A stretch of DNA of 64,000 bases from an uncultured bacterium (GTDB taxonomy: Bacteria > Verrucomicrobiota > Verrucomicrobiia > Limisphaerales > UBA8199). Position numbers and translations under genes: made by a program. The DNA lies in contig CAVVMW010000021.1 of the NCBI GenBank assembly GCA_963749495.1, positions 704,001 through 768,000 on the forward strand, given 5' to 3'. Below are positions 40,740-53,165 of this stretch, piece by piece; position 1 is the stretch's first letter; each line of letters starts with the position of its first letter. The notes below the pieces were generated by a model. It was not told the origin of the DNA and ran no database searches. It saw only the letters and a program-made list of their open reading frames with translations.

Positions 40740-43467
40740 ATGAGCAACTTCGCCCATTGTTTGAATCAATGTTCGCCGGCCTGGTGGGAATATGCTCTGC
40801 ACGCCACCTGGCAGGCTGCCCTCACGACCGCGATCCTGTTGGGCCTGGCTGCCCTGGGGCGGAAGTGGCCGGCGCCCTGGCGCTACGGGGTGCTGCTGGT
40901 GGCCTTGTTGAAGTTCGCCGTCCCGCCATTCGTGTCGGTGCCGTCCGGAGCGTTCAGCCAACTCGGGCCGCGCGTGGCGGCGTCCGCTCCGGCAAAACCG
41001 GGGAACCAGCCCTCGGTTGGCGCCGCCCGCGATTCCCACTTCGCCCGCGCCGTCTCCGGCGAAACAAACACCGAACTGGGCATGGGACGTTCCGCCCGAT
41101 TCGAGCGTGTTCGCCGCGCAGAGGGCTTCCGCTCACCCAGGGACGGTCTTTGCCAAAGACGCCGGGCTCGACTGGACGGCTTGGCTCATGCTCCTGCACT
41201 TTGCCGGTTGCGCCGCAATGTTCTTTTGGATTGCGCGCCAACTGAGTCGCCTTCGCCGCGCGGTTCGCGCCAGCCGTCCAGTCGCGGAGGGGCCACTGCG
41301 CCTCTTCCTGAACTCGCTGGCCGCCGAGTTGAGGATGAAGCGAATTCCTGCCCTGAGAATTTCGGACCGGCTTGCGGCGCCGGTTGCCTTCGGAGTCCTT
41401 CACCCGACCATTCTCATGCCGGCAACCAACCTCTCCCGGTTTTCGGAACGCGAACTGAAGGTCATTCTCGCCCATGAATTGACCCATTTCCGGCGAGGCA
41501 ACCTCTGGGTGAACTGGGCGCAGCTCCTCTTGCAAGCGATTTGGTGGTTCAATCCGCTGCTGTGGATGTTGAACACGGCCCTGCGCAAGGCCCGGGAGGA
41601 CTGCTGCGACGATTTGCTCTTGGCGCGCAAACTGACCTCCGGCGATCGCTACTGCGATACGCTCCTGCGGGCGGCCGTTGAATTTGGCCGTGCCGAGCCG
41701 CTAACCGGGGCGCTGGGCTTTGGGGAGCGGTTGCACCCCATGGGCCGCCGGTTCGCGCGCATCATGGACGCGGGAGTGCCGCGGGCTTATCGGCTCTCGG
41801 CCTTGGGTTTCGTCGTTGTTTTGGGCATGGGATTCCTCCTGCTCCCCGGCCTGCGCAGCCAGACCGCTTCGCTTGGGCAACAGAGCACAGCTTCGAACCA
41901 GCCTCCGGCGTCGGCCGCCGCTCTAAATCCAGGTGGCTCCGCGCCGGCGCCCGCTTCGGCGACGAACGCGGCGTCGCTGGCTCGGCTCTTTGCCGAGCTC
42001 AAGCTCGACTTCATACGCCAATATCGCGGCCAGGAGCGGCTGCGGCGGGAGTTCAAGGGGCACGGTCAGAAGGCGGTGGCCTTCCTGACCAACGAGCTAG
42101 CCAGTGCCACCTCGTCCGACCAGCGCCAGAAGGCCGCCTGGCTGCTTGGCCAACTGGATAGCCCCGTCCCTCAGGAGGCAATTCAGGCGTTGGCCCGGGC
42201 CCTCGAGGATGGGGACAAGGACGTGGGCCGTTGGGCGGCCATTGCGTTGCGGGACATCGGCCCTCCAGCCAGCCAGGCAGTCCCCGCTTTGATGGAGGCC
42301 TTGAGGTTTCAGAACGGCGCCGCCGGGGACGCGCTGGCCAGGATCGCTCCGGATTCTGAGCCGGTGGCCAAGCTCCTGGCCGGGAGCTTCGAGGATGCGG
42401 CTGGGCCAGAGTTTGCCCGTCGGCAATGGAGGTCACAACTCGCGTTCGCTCTCGGGGAGATGAAGACTAACCGGCTTGAGATCGAAAAGGCCCTCGTAGC
42501 CGCCTACCGATCTCCCGAGGACCAGCTCCCACCGCCGCAAAACATTGGGTATGCTCTCGAGAGCTTAAGACCACAGACTGCCGAAGGGCGAGCGATTGTG
42601 CGCGCCGCCATTGCCGCTTCCCGCAAGGAGTGGCAGGGGCGCTGGTCGCTTCCCCAGGGAGGAGTCGAGGAACTCATCGAAAGGGTCACGAGCCCAACAA
42701 ATCAACGTGGGGCCAATGACGCTTGTAACACCCTCAGTGCCATCGCCATCCGCGGTGACACCAATGCCGCCAAGGCGGTCCCCGCGCTCATTGAGTATGT
42801 GCGCAATCCGGCCAACCAGTATCGTCAGAGCGCCATCAATGCCCTGGGCAACATCAGCCTGGCCGCGAGCAATGCTGTGCCCTGTCTTATGTCGTGTCTC
42901 GATGACGACGATCACGGCGTTCAAGGAAACTCGATCTATGCCCTCGGTCGCATCGGCCCCCCGGCCAGGAGGGCCGTTCCCGCCATCCGGGCGTTGCTCA
43001 CAGATGAACCGAACCGATTTCTGGCCGCAAATGCTTTGTGGCGGATCGATTCCGAGTATGTGCCGCTGGCTTTGTCGGTCTTCATCGAAATGTTGAACCA
43101 GCGTTCGCTCAGGGGTGACATTCTCGCTCTGGCCGTGGATGAGATGGGCCCGCCGGCGAAGCAAGCCCTTCCGGCGCTCGCCCGGTTGCTGGACGAGCAG
43201 GATCCCCAGGTGCGGCTGGCAGCCGCCAAGGCGTTTTGGCACGTTGACCCCGACCATGTCGGTCGGGCTGTGCCCACGCTGGGCATGCTCACGGAAGAAC
43301 TCTTTTCCCAACGTGTGGGTGCGATAAAGCTGCTCGGTGAAATTGGACCTGCCGCCAAGGCCGCTTTGCCCCAGCTCCAGACTTGTCTGAAGGATGAGGA
43401 CGAAGAGGTTGCCGCCGCCGCGGCAAAAGCAGTGCGCGCGATCTCCGGGGACGGAACCGGAGGCTAA
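40740..43467 (+). pseudogene. M56 metallopeptidase with HEAT repeats; one frameshift near 41020
   Basis: HELTH, WWFNPLLW, EDCCD; many ALG.IGP.A..AVP.L repeats. Confidence 0.85.
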
Positions 43468-43518
43468 TTGGAGGATTTTCTATTTCCCAGGCCCACCTCT
43501 GGCGTTACTTTCTCAAAC

Positions 43519-45807
43519 ATGAAGAACAAGCAGCCTCGTCCTCTCACCTGGTTGTTCCCGGCGTGTCTTGCGGTTGGCATCGTCGTCGCATTCAGCCTTC
43601 TTTCGCGCTCGCCCTCGGGCAAGCGGCATGCACAGGAATCCTCCTCGCGCCCGGGCGAGGGGATCGCTTCGCCCGCGGCCGCCAAGGCCGGCGCGCTCGA
43701 TCTGGTCGGGGTCGTCAAGAGTGCTGATGGCCAACCGGTGACCAACGCCTCCATTTTCATCTACACCGCTCAACCCCGATCGGGCCCGGGGTTTCTCTGA
43801 CCGTCCTGCTATGCGGATTGCCGCAAGAGCACCACGGCGGATGCTCAAGGAAAGTTCAGAATTGCATCGGTTGACCCGGCGCTGCTGTTCCGCGTCCTGG
43901 TGGTCGCCAAGGGGTTCGAGCCGGCCTTTTTCAACAAGGTTGACCCGCTGAAGGGGCCGCTGGAAGCCGGTCTGAAACCGCGCTCTGCTCCTGCGATGCC
44001 TCCCAGCCAGATCATTCTAGGCAGCGTGCTCGACCCGGCGAAACGGCCCCTGGTTCACGCTGTCGTCTCGGTGGAAACCACCACCGTCGGCAACACGACT
44101 CATGGCCGGCCTCTGGTCGGCACCGACCCTCTGGCAGTGACCGATGAGGCCGGCGAGTTCGAGATTCGCTGTCCGCAGAAGTTCGATTCCATGAGCCTAC
44201 GCGTCGAGGCACGGGGCTTTGCCCGCCGGGATTTTCCCGAGACCCGCCCGGGGCCGCAAAGGCGAGACCTGATCGTGACACCCGGCGGCGCCTTGATCGG
44301 GTGTGTTCTGCACGACGGCAAGCCGGTAAGAGGCATCTCAGTTGGCGTCGCTTCGGTGGACCGCAGGATGGGGAATTTCACCGGAGATTTCGTCGCCGGC
44401 ACCGGTGAGGACGGCAGGTTCATCTTCCCGAATCTGCCGCCATATCGGGAGTATGCGGCCTACGGCATCCTGAATTCTCTCAAGGGTGTCGGCGCCTTGC
44501 CGACCAAGGTCATTCGGGTGAAAGGGGATGGCTCGACAAACAATCTGGGTGATTGGGAAATGACCGCCGGTTTCCGCCTTGCAGGACAGGTGCGCCTGTG
44601 CAACGGCAATGGCATCCCAGCTCACACGCACTTGACGGTTGGGTGCAAGGCCGCCTGGGACTCCACGAGCCTCGAGTTGCCGCCGGACGGACTCTTCAGC
44701 TTTTCAAATCTGCCCGCCGAGGCCTTGGAGGTAAACACCCGCATTGAGGGCTTTCGGTTTTCCGTGCAGAACGCCAGCCTGGACCGGTTGAACCCCTTCC
44801 GGTTGCTGGGCCGACTCGAAGCCGATAAAACCAATCTGGTCATTCTCCTGGAGCCGGGCAGGAATCTCGACTCGGAGAACGACCCGGAGGACGCGCGGCC
44901 CGAGAACCTCCCCTTGTGCGGCGCCGAGGTCAAACACGCGATCCCCAGCACGTTGCTCGTGAGTGGACACGTCCTCGACGCGGGCAACGGCGCCCCTGTC
45001 CCCCAGTTTCGGATTACGCCGGGGCTGCGCCGCTCCCCCATGTCAACGCAGGTCCAGTGGCAGCGAAGCAAGTCAATGCCAGGGACGAACGGCAGCTTTC
45101 TCATCGAAATGCCTGGAAAGGGCGGCGTTATAGTTTTCCAGGCGGAAGCTCCGGGCTACCTGACGGCCATTTCCGAGCCGCTCGCGGCTGGTGCCTCGAA
45201 CTGTGTGGTGCGGATCAAAAGGGGCGGCCATCCGTCCGGGATTGTCCGGTTGGCTGAGGGGACGCCATTGCCAAATGTGGAGGTCATTTACCTCAGTGGG
45301 GAGGAACAGGCAGATGTGGACCAGGACGGACGGTTGGGGCCGTTTGGGAAAGATATGACTCAAATGACGGACTCGACCGGCCGGTTCAGCTTTGCTCCAA
45401 AGCCCGGGCTGGGCGAACTGGTCATTGCTTGCCCCAGCGGATTTGGGAGGCTTTGGCTCGCTTCACCGGAGGGAACTAACGTCATCATCGTCCAGCCTTG
45501 GGCGGAAGTGCGCGGCCGGCTCGTGAAAGGCGGAAGACCGGTCCAAAACGAACATGTCGATATCTCGTTCCGTTCGGGATGGACACCGGGCGAGCCTCAT
45601 CTCGGGCTTCATGGCGCCGTCACCGACGAGGGGGGACGGTTTACCATCGGCCATCTTCCGCCAGAGCAACTGCAGATCACGACCCGCGTGTTCGATGGGC
45701 CAAGGCGAGATAGCTGGATGGAACAAGCCGAACGGCAGTTCACTGTTCAGCCCGGGGAGAAGGTTAACCTTGGAGATGTCGAAAAGAGCGGTGCAGGTCT
45801 GCCATAG
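43519..45807 (+). CDS. Putative selenoprotein (762 aa by TGA readthrough at 43798-43800) with carboxypeptidase-regulatory-like domains
   Basis: Two ORFs in the same frame separated only by TGA in GFL-U-PSCYADC; hairpin TGCGG-ATTG-CCGCA 11 nt downstream; same features in the paralog at 7534. Confidence 0.8.
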
Positions 45808-45808
45808 T

Positions 45809-46235
45809 CACAGCCCCAGCTTCTTCACGGCCGCCTGGGTCCTGGCGCTCTCGTAGCCATACCACGCATCCACGATCTTGCCGTCGCGGCCGATGACGTA
45901 AGTCTCCAGAAATAATCACCGTCCCCTACGAGGATGCCGCGGGGTTTCGTGTGGCCCACAAGCGTCATCTCGACTCGCGCATAATTGGGCTTCTTGAGCC
46001 AGATCCGATAAACGGCAACGACGTGAGACCGTCCTAGCATCTCCATCCGGTAATCACCGGTCCAGGACAAGGTCGTCGCCTTGCGCATGGCATCCATCAT
46101 CTCCCTGTAGAGCTGGTGCGCCGCCGGGTCATCCTGAAACGCAGTCTCGACCGTATTCGTCTGCTTGGAGCAGGCGCCAAGAAAACAGAAACAAACGCCC
46201 ACCGCCAGGCCCGCCTTGATCCATTTGTCTCTCAT
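45809..46235 (-). pseudogene. LolA-like/TlpA lipoprotein with an internal deletion
   Basis: Lipobox FLGAC, WLKKPNYARVE...GDGDYFW, then out-of-frame TYVIGRDGKIVDAWYGY. Confidence 0.65.
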
Positions 46236-46390
46236 ATTAATCCGGCTTGTTTCGAAGTTGCCCCTCACCCCTCTACCGCCGCCCCGCTGACTCCCGTAGG
46301 TTGCACCATGCCTGGCCGTTGTCAATCACCTTCGCCGGATGCTCCCATGCCGCCGTGAGGCTGCCAGCCCGGCGGCCGGCTGGCGGGCTT

Positions 46391-46705
46391 TCACTGATTG
46401 GGTGAGGGAATTTGAGTCGCGTTTTTCTGTTCCCAACCGTCAAAATCTCCATCCGGCGAGAAGGCTTCCTGGACGCTGCCGTTGCAGAAGAGGTAATCCC
46501 TGGTCCATCCGCCGAGCGGGTTTGGTCTGGCAACCCTTTCCCGGGCGAAAATGGCCCCCGGCCACTTGATGCTCGCGGTTCCCACATTCATCAACTCAAA
46601 GCTGTCCAGCACCTCTTTGGAAAAGCTGACTACCTCTCCGAAAGCAGGCTCGGATTTTCGAGCGACATACTCGTGCAGCAGTTGGGCATCTGATTTGCAC
46701 TGCAT
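46391..46705 (-). pseudogene. ECF sigma with a large in-frame internal deletion
   Basis: SDAQLLHEYVARKSEPAFGEVV fused to the extension end YLFCNGSVQ...DGDFDGWE. Confidence 0.75.
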
Positions 46706-47222
46706 TTCAACCATTATACAACCGCACCCGGCAAAATCCGACAAGAGGCTTTCAATTGCGCTTCCCTATCTGCTTGAGCGACATTCTCCAGAAGCTCGAC
46801 ATTCCTGTTCGCTTTTCGCGTGCTGCCGGAGGTCGGCCAGGAACTGGGCATCAGCGAAAACGCCGGCCCCATGCGGGCTTCTGGCGCGGCGGCAACCACA
46901 GCTACCCACGCAAACCTCACGAGTATTTTCAGCGCAAAGAAATATGCCGCGTTATATAGATTTCCTCGGAAATGCAGCCAGCGTGGTCAGTCTTGTCACG
47001 GAGGGACACCTGAGAATATCCGTTTGCTCTTCGCCCGGAGACAACTAGCAGCGGCCTTGGGGTCGTGCGCGGCCCAAACCGCCGCCACTTCGGGGGCCGA
47101 TTCCGATTGCGCGTGCCCGGGCAACGATGCGCATGGGCGCAGAAAAGAAGTGCGGGATTCCGGGTCTCGGGAACCAATAATAGAATTTCGTTTTCGCCCG
47201 GCAGCGGCAGTATTAGGGATAG

Positions 47223-48875
47223 ATGGCCGAACTGAAGACAGACCGGGATTTGCTGAGGGACTATGCGGCAAGAGGGTCGGAGAGCGCCTTCCAGGCGCTG
47301 GTGGAGCGGCATTTGGACCTTGTATTTGCCACCGCTCTGCGCGGTCTGAACGATGACGGGGCGGCACAGGAGATTACGCAGAACGTGTTCATTGCTTTGG
47401 CGCACAAGGCCGCATGGCTGAGCGCCGAAACCAGCCTGGCCGGTTGGCTGCACAAGACGGCCTTGCTCGAGGTCCGGCGCTGGTGGCGCGGCGAGCTGCG
47501 TCGCCGGCGGCGCGAACAAACCGCCGTCCAACTCGGCACGGTTATGAAAGACGAGGACTCCCTGCTCAAGGCCCTGGCGGGCGAACTGGACGAGGGTCTG
47601 CTGGAGCTGCGCGAGGCGGACCGGCAGGCCCTGCTGCTCCGCTATTTCGAAGGCCGCAGCCACCGGGAAATCGGCGCCCTGCTCGGCGCCCGCGAAGACG
47701 CCGTCCGAATGCGCATCGACAAGGCGCTGGGGCGGCTCACCCACTTCTTCCGTCGCCGCGGCTACGCCGTGCCCGCCGTGACAACGAGTGCGACGGTCCT
47801 CGGTGCGGCGGCCAAGGCGGCACCGGCAGGGCTCGCCATCGCCGCCACGCGCTCGGCCCTGACGGCCGGAGGCGGCGGCGCCTTGAGCGGCCTCAAACCC
47901 CTGCTTGCAAGATTTATGGGCCTCACTAAAGCACAAACCGCTGTCTTGTGCGTGGCCATCACGGCCACGCCTGTCGCCTGGGAATGGAACGTGAACCGGG
48001 TGTCGCTGAACCGGGCGGCGCTCGCCCAATGGGAGATCGAAGTGGCTCGCACACAGGAGGATCAATCTTCGGCCGATCTCGACCGATTGCGGGCCGAGTC
48101 CGCCCGGCTGGATGCGGCCCTTGCCGACGCGGAGAAGAGCCAGGCGCGCTATGAAACAGCGGCCCGCAAACTCGATGACCTGAAGGCCCGAGTCCGAGGC
48201 CTGCTGACGGACGCTAACTACCACTGGCCCGACGATTTGCCCTATGTCCGCGTCCCGAAAAGCGTTGTTAAATCCCTGGAGTTGGTGCGCCTGCACCCGG
48301 GCAACTTCATGCCCGCTAGCCCTATGGAAGAACCGGTGCTGGAGTTGCTCGGGATGACGGCGCAAGAGAAGGCGCCTACCGAAGAGGCCTTGGCCAATCA
48401 TTGGCGCGGCGTCGAGGATTTGATGACGGCCAACGCGTATGAGACCAATCTCCCCGGCCCGCAAACGGGGCTGTTGACAAAAACGGTAATCGTTCCGCCG
48501 CTGGGCCAACCACTGAGGGCCCTGGCCGAGGAGACGGGCCGGCGGCTGGCACATGTCCTGGGCGCCGAGCGCGAACAGCTCCTCTTCGGCGATGGAGAGC
48601 AAGGAGCCGTCCAGTTCTGGTATGGCACCAAGGGGAATATTGCGAAGGGGCCGCAGATCTTTACCGTATGGATCGGCCCCGCGGAGCCCAACCAGGCGCC
48701 GCGGTATGGCGTCAGTTGGTTCCTACCGGGCGCCGGGGGGATGGGGGGGCCGCCCAGCGGCACTGATCTAGGAGGTTCCCTGAGTGGCTTGCCGCGGGGC
48801 ATCGCCACGCGATTCTTCGCCCCGTGGCTGAGCCAATTCGGCGTCACAACCCCGACGCAATTCTATGGCGAATAG
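47223..48875 (+). CDS. ECF sigma-70 factor with long C-terminal extension
   Basis: SESAFQALVERHLDLVFATALR, EDAVRMRIDKALGRL. Confidence 0.92.
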   Translation: MAELKTDRDLLRDYAARGSESAFQALVERHLDLVFATALRGLNDDGAAQEITQNVFIALAHKAAWLSAETSLAGWLHKTALLEVRRWWRGELRRRRREQTAVQLGTVMKDEDSLLKALAGELDEGLLELREADRQALLLRYFEGRSHREIGALLGAREDAVRMRIDKALGRLTHFFRRRGYAVPAVTTSATVLGAAAKAAPAGLAIAATRSALTAGGGGALSGLKPLLARFMGLTKAQTAVLCVAITATPVAWEWNVNRVSLNRAALAQWEIEVARTQEDQSSADLDRLRAESARLDAALADAEKSQARYETAARKLDDLKARVRGLLTDANYHWPDDLPYVRVPKSVVKSLELVRLHPGNFMPASPMEEPVLELLGMTAQEKAPTEEALANHWRGVEDLMTANAYETNLPGPQTGLLTKTVIVPPLGQPLRALAEETGRRLAHVLGAEREQLLFGDGEQGAVQFWYGTKGNIAKGPQIFTVWIGPAEPNQAPRYGVSWFLPGAGGMGGPPSGTDLGGSLSGLPRGIATRFFAPWLSQFGVTTPTQFYGE

Positions 48876-49776
48876 GAGGAACAGACTCCGGCTGGCATTG
48901 CTGGCCGTTTGTGCAGGCGCGATTGGCTTCAGCGCCTTCCACCGGATCGCGGAGCGAACCAGGGCGACCGTGGCCGAGAGGGAACGCCAATGGCGGGCGG
49001 GCATGAACCGGCTGGCTGGAACCTACGCAACGGCCACGGCCTTGCGCGGCGAGATGCTGAAAAAATAGAATCGCCTGCGACAAGCCCTGCGGCATCCGGA
49101 CACCAGCCCGGAGGCGCTTAGCTTCCTGGAAGGAGACGCCGCTAAAGGCACTGCCGCCGCATCGGCCGAATTGCGGGAGCAACTCGGCGTCGGCTGGGAC
49201 AGTTCTCCCAACTATGTCCTGGTCAGCAAGCGGGCGCTCAAGCAACTCGAATATAAGCGGCTTGTCTATGGGACCCGCGCCACGGACACTGCCTGTGAGT
49301 TGCTGGCCCTCTCACCGCACGAGCAGTCTGCCCTGCAGTCGGCCCTTCAGCATGCCGCAGACACGGCCTTTCTCAAGGCACAGCGGAGCGAGCCGAGTGG
49401 AGACATCGTCGCGCAATACACTGTCCCGCCGCTGGACCCGGCGTTTGAACAGGGCCTGAGCAACAGCTTCGCCGCAGAGCTTGCAGGCGCGGTTGGCCCC
49501 GAACGCACCGACGCTCTTCTGCCCCAGGCGTGGCGCGAGTCAAGGCCGCTTCTGGCGCCAAGAGAGGCGGAGACGATGACCATCCGCCGCGTAGGCGCCG
49601 ATGGTGAGCCGGATTTGATTTGTGAACTGAACCGAGGCGGCCATGTTGATAGGTCTCCCGTCCGGTATGCGCATTATCCCTCAGGGTGGTTTCTGCGGAT
49701 GTTCCCCGGCGGCTGGGAAACGCTCGCCCAGCGCGAGGGATTCGAGGTGCCTCGGAGGTTTCACGACCAGAACTGA
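48865..49776 (+). pseudogene. ECF-extension-like membrane protein with an internal TAG (49066-49068)
   Basis: ORFs 48865-49068 and 49171-49776 are in one frame; W....YV.VSK and TVPPL shared with the upstream extension. Confidence 0.65.
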
Positions 49777-49862
49777 GTTAGTCACAGGATGACGATGTGA
49801 ACGTCGTTTCCTTCCGTTCTTGTTTTCCTCAGGCAGTCCGGGCGACTGCGGAGCGTCCATTT

Positions 49863-49934
49863 AACCGCAGAGACGCGAAGACCGCGGAGATTCGCGCGGT
49901 TTGTCTTCTCTGCGTTCTTTGTGTCTCTGCGGTT
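49863..49934. repeat. REP-like palindrome
   Basis: AACCGCAGAGAC...GTCTCTGCGGTT inverted arms. Confidence 0.7.
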
Positions 49935-50026
49935 TCATGGCCCGTCCGAACCAGCCTGGTGTCCCGCTCCGCTCCATTCGTCGGTGTCCCTCTTTCTGAT
50001 TGGCGGCAATTCTCTAGTAAAAGACA

Positions 50027-50947
50027 ATGCGCACAATGAGCGATTGGGAACTGCTTGAGGATTACGTGAAGAGGCGCTCTGAAGCCGCTTTCGCCGAACT
50101 GGTCCGGCGTCACATCAACTGGGTCCACTCGGTCGCGCTTCGCCGGGTCGGCAACCCGGGCCTGGCCGAGGACATCGTTCAAGCGGCCTTCGTCTCGAAG
50201 CGGTTTGTGGCTGATCCGGGGCCGCCCGGAAGCGAAGACCCGCGTTGGCTGCGGCGGGAGGACCTGCCGGCCTCCAAGGCCAGGATGGTTCTCGAACCGG
50301 GCTACGAATTGAAGGGGTTTGTGCTCGATGATACCGGCGCGCCTCTGGCCGCCGCCAAGGTCAGCCAGATCGGAGGCTCGAATTACGAGCCGGGCAGCGT
50401 CAAGACCGGAGCGGACGGGAGCTTTCGGATGACCTCCCTGCCGCAGGGCGCGGCGCAGGTTTCAGCCTGGGCCAAGGGCTTTGCTCCATGCCTGCTCGGA
50501 ATCCAGGTCGGCTCGAACAGCCCGGCGGCAGTGTTCCGGCTGAACCATGGGGCAAAATTCTCTTTCCGGATTGTTGATGACCAAGAGGGCGCTGGCATTC
50601 CCGATGCCTGGGCAACCATCAACCTGTCGATCCCTCACAACGCCGAGTTCCGCGCAATCACCGACGCCGCGGGCCGGGCCACGCTCGAAGGCATCCCCAC
50701 CAACGTCCTGGGTGGATTGGTCTTCCACGCCGGGGCCCAGGGCTACTTTATTGCGCACCACATCGCACTCAGGCATGACAATCCCGATCCGGTCATCCGG
50801 CTCACGAAGTCTCTCCGGGTCTCCGGGACCGTTCGTGAGGATTTCCCCACGAAACCTGGTCAGGCGGTTCTCTGGCTGGGCCAGACAGCAAACTCCATTG
50901 TCGCAGGGGGCTTATACGGTGCCACGAACCCGGCAACAGATTTCTGA
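50027..50947 (+). pseudogene. Chimera: ECF sigma2 N-terminus fused to carboxypeptidase-regulatory domains, 3' truncated
   Basis: SEAAFAELVRRHINWVHSVALRR...AEDIVQAAFV, then GFVLDDTGAPLAAAKV. Confidence 0.75.
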
Positions 50948-50964
50948 CCGTTAGATTCGGGCCA

Positions 50965-51903
50965 TCACCCAGGCTCAAGCATGGCGGCGATCGTGGAGAT
51001 CGCGTTCCCCTCCAGCCGGTTGTTGACGAAGACGAACGTCCGCCGCTTCGGCCCCGCCGCCTTTCCCTCCGCGACAAGCGCCTTCCCCGCCGCCCGCGCT
51101 TCCGGGTTCTCCTCTTTGATGCTGTCGTAAGGCTCGAACGCTTTGACCGCCTGTTCGTATTTGCGGCCTGGTTTGAGAAGGAACCGGGCCGCGACGAGGT
51201 CCGGGTTGGTCCGGCTGCCGGGCAGCGCCATCTGCTCGCCGACCGGAGGCATCGCGTCCCACGAATTGAAGACGTGCGTGACCTGGTGCCGGGTGAGGCA
51301 CTCGAAGTATTCCGGCTTGAGCCAGTTCCGGTTCCGCATCTCCACGCCATACGGCCAGCCTTTGGGGAGCTGGCCCAGGAACTTGTCGAGGTCGGCGATG
51401 AAGTCGCGGCCATGTTCGTAGTCGGTCGGCCAGAACCTGGAAAACTCGAACATCAGCAGGCCGATGGCGTGGCGGACAGACTCACAAGGCTTGAGGAATG
51501 CCTTCACGAACAAGTCGGCGTTGAGGAAGTTGTCATTGGGTTTCCCGGCCTGCTGGCCGAAGCGGTCCAGATTGGGGAACTTCTTGAGCGTGATGGCGTC
51601 GGTCACTTTGAGGCCGAACAGGAAATCGTCCGGCGCCTGGCCGACCATGCCCTGCAAATACTGCTGGCTGGGGAAGGTGTAATAGGCCGCATCGACGCAG
51701 ACGGTCTTGAAGACCTCGGCGTATTCCGCCAGGCAGTCGCGCTTGAACCTGGTTTCGGCGAACTTGCCTCGGTATTCGTAGCGGCTGCGGTCGTAGAGCA
51801 TTCCGCACCAGCCGGGGTATTTCCACGAGGACGTGCCGATATACAGGCCCTGCGCCGCCAGGGAGGCAGCCCGCTGCGCCAGGTCTTGCCGGGTGAAGTT
51901 CAC
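50965..51903 (-). CDS. DUF72 (YecE-like) protein
   Basis: YIGTSSWKYPGW, VCVDAAYY, GVEMRN, FVNN. Confidence 0.88.
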   Translation of the reverse strand: MNFTRQDLAQRAASLAAQGLYIGTSSWKYPGWCGMLYDRSRYEYRGKFAETRFKRDCLAEYAEVFKTVCVDAAYYTFPSQQYLQGMVGQAPDDFLFGLKVTDAITLKKFPNLDRFGQQAGKPNDNFLNADLFVKAFLKPCESVRHAIGLLMFEFSRFWPTDYEHGRDFIADLDKFLGQLPKGWPYGVEMRNRNWLKPEYFECLTRHQVTHVFNSWDAMPPVGEQMALPGSRTNPDLVAARFLLKPGRKYEQAVKAFEPYDSIKEENPEARAAGKALVAEGKAAGPKRRTFVFVNNRLEGNAISTIAAMLEPG

Positions 51904-52039
51904 GCCCCCTGTTTAAGCCGATTGCCTCGGGATTTCAATCAGCTTGGAAGGGCAGCGTGGTGGAGCCGCATTCCCGGATCAGCCAGGTTTCCGCCCACAG
52001 GGGCAGCGCAATGATCATGCCGCGCCGTATAACCTCACA

Positions 52040-52219
52040 GGTGAGCGCCCCGGTCAGGTAGATAGCCGTGGCGATGCCCAATCCCCACACGATGGCCACT
52101 TGGAAGACACCGACCTGCGCCCCCGTCAGCACCGCTGCGCTCACGCTGCCGCAGCCGAAGAACACCAGCAGAAACGTTCCGAGCATCTCCCCGGCAAACC
52201 ACTTGGGAACGCGGTCCAT
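52040..52219 (-). pseudogene. 5' fragment of an MIP/aquaglyceroporin
   Basis: GEMLGTFLLVFFGCG...VAIVWGLGIATAIY; ends before the first NPA. Confidence 0.8.
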
Positions 52220-52231
52220 CACCGGGGTATT

Positions 52232-53018
52232 TCACATGGCGGTTTCCAAGCGATGAGTGGGCTGTGGCTTGCCGGGCCTGAAGTGCTCCAGGTGTTCCAG
52301 CGTCGCCGTCATCGTCGGGAACGCCCCTTCGCTCGCCGCAACCGCAGCTCGAACCACCGTGGCCAGAAGGTCGGGCGCAGCCTCCGCACGGAGGTTGAGG
52401 ATGAGCTGGCCACGTTCCATGAGGCCGTCCAATTGCAGCGAAAGCTCCGGCACAAAATCGTTGCGGACTAAGTTCACCGCCGCAACTTCGCCCAAAAGGC
52501 TGCCATCGGGGCTTAGGGTCATCTTCAAGTGGGCAATCTCCGCCTGCTGGCCCTGCAACCGCCGCTGGACCTCATCGGCAAGCTGTTCCAAGAACTTCGC
52601 GGAATCAAATGCCCGCTTCGCCGAAATCTGCACCGTGCAGTTGAGCCAGCCGAGCAGCGCCTCGCCGTCCGCATATACCTGGTAGTCCACGTCCATCGCC
52701 TTCCCCCCAGCCTGTTCCGCGCTCGTAATCCGGGCGAACCACTCATCCAGGTTTGTGCCGCTGCGCGAGGAAACGGCCAGGATGGCCTTGCGCGGGAATT
52801 TGGCGGCGATCGCCCTGCGCAACGAATCCAGCCGCGCCTCATCGAGCAGGTCGCACTTGCTGATGACGATCAAATCGGCCTCCTCAAGCTGCTTGGTGTA
52901 AATGTAAGCGCTGCGCCAGTTTGGCGACGGCGGTGGTTTTTCCCGCACCCAGGAACCCGCCGATCATGATGTAGCGGGCCTTGCCTTTGGTGGGATTCGC
53001 GGCCGGGATTGCTTCCAT
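52232..53018 (-). pseudogene. CobW/COG0523-like GTPase with an internal deletion
   Basis: MIGGFLGAGKTT P-loop, then out of frame KQLEEADLIVISKCD and AHLKM. Confidence 0.8.
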
Positions 53019-53165
53019 AGTTTCGAGATTATTCTTTCACCCGTTGCAGTTTGGGCTGGCCATTAGGCCCCGCCTGACGACGTTCGGTGTTACGCAGGAA
53101 CATGTGCGCAACTGTGCATATTATTACGGCCACGCGCAAGCCTGTTTCCGATTTTGTGTATCGGG

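Noticed and set aside
46929..48602. Long antisense ORFs (also 55642-56973, 57476-58837, 26351-27598, 16853-18025)
   Set aside because: Shadow ORFs of GC-rich genes whose recognisable motifs are on the opposite strand
49066..49068. Pyrrolysine or programmed TAG readthrough
   Set aside because: Single instance in a coiled-coil region, with no paralog support and no pyl genes; likely nonsense mutation or sequencing error
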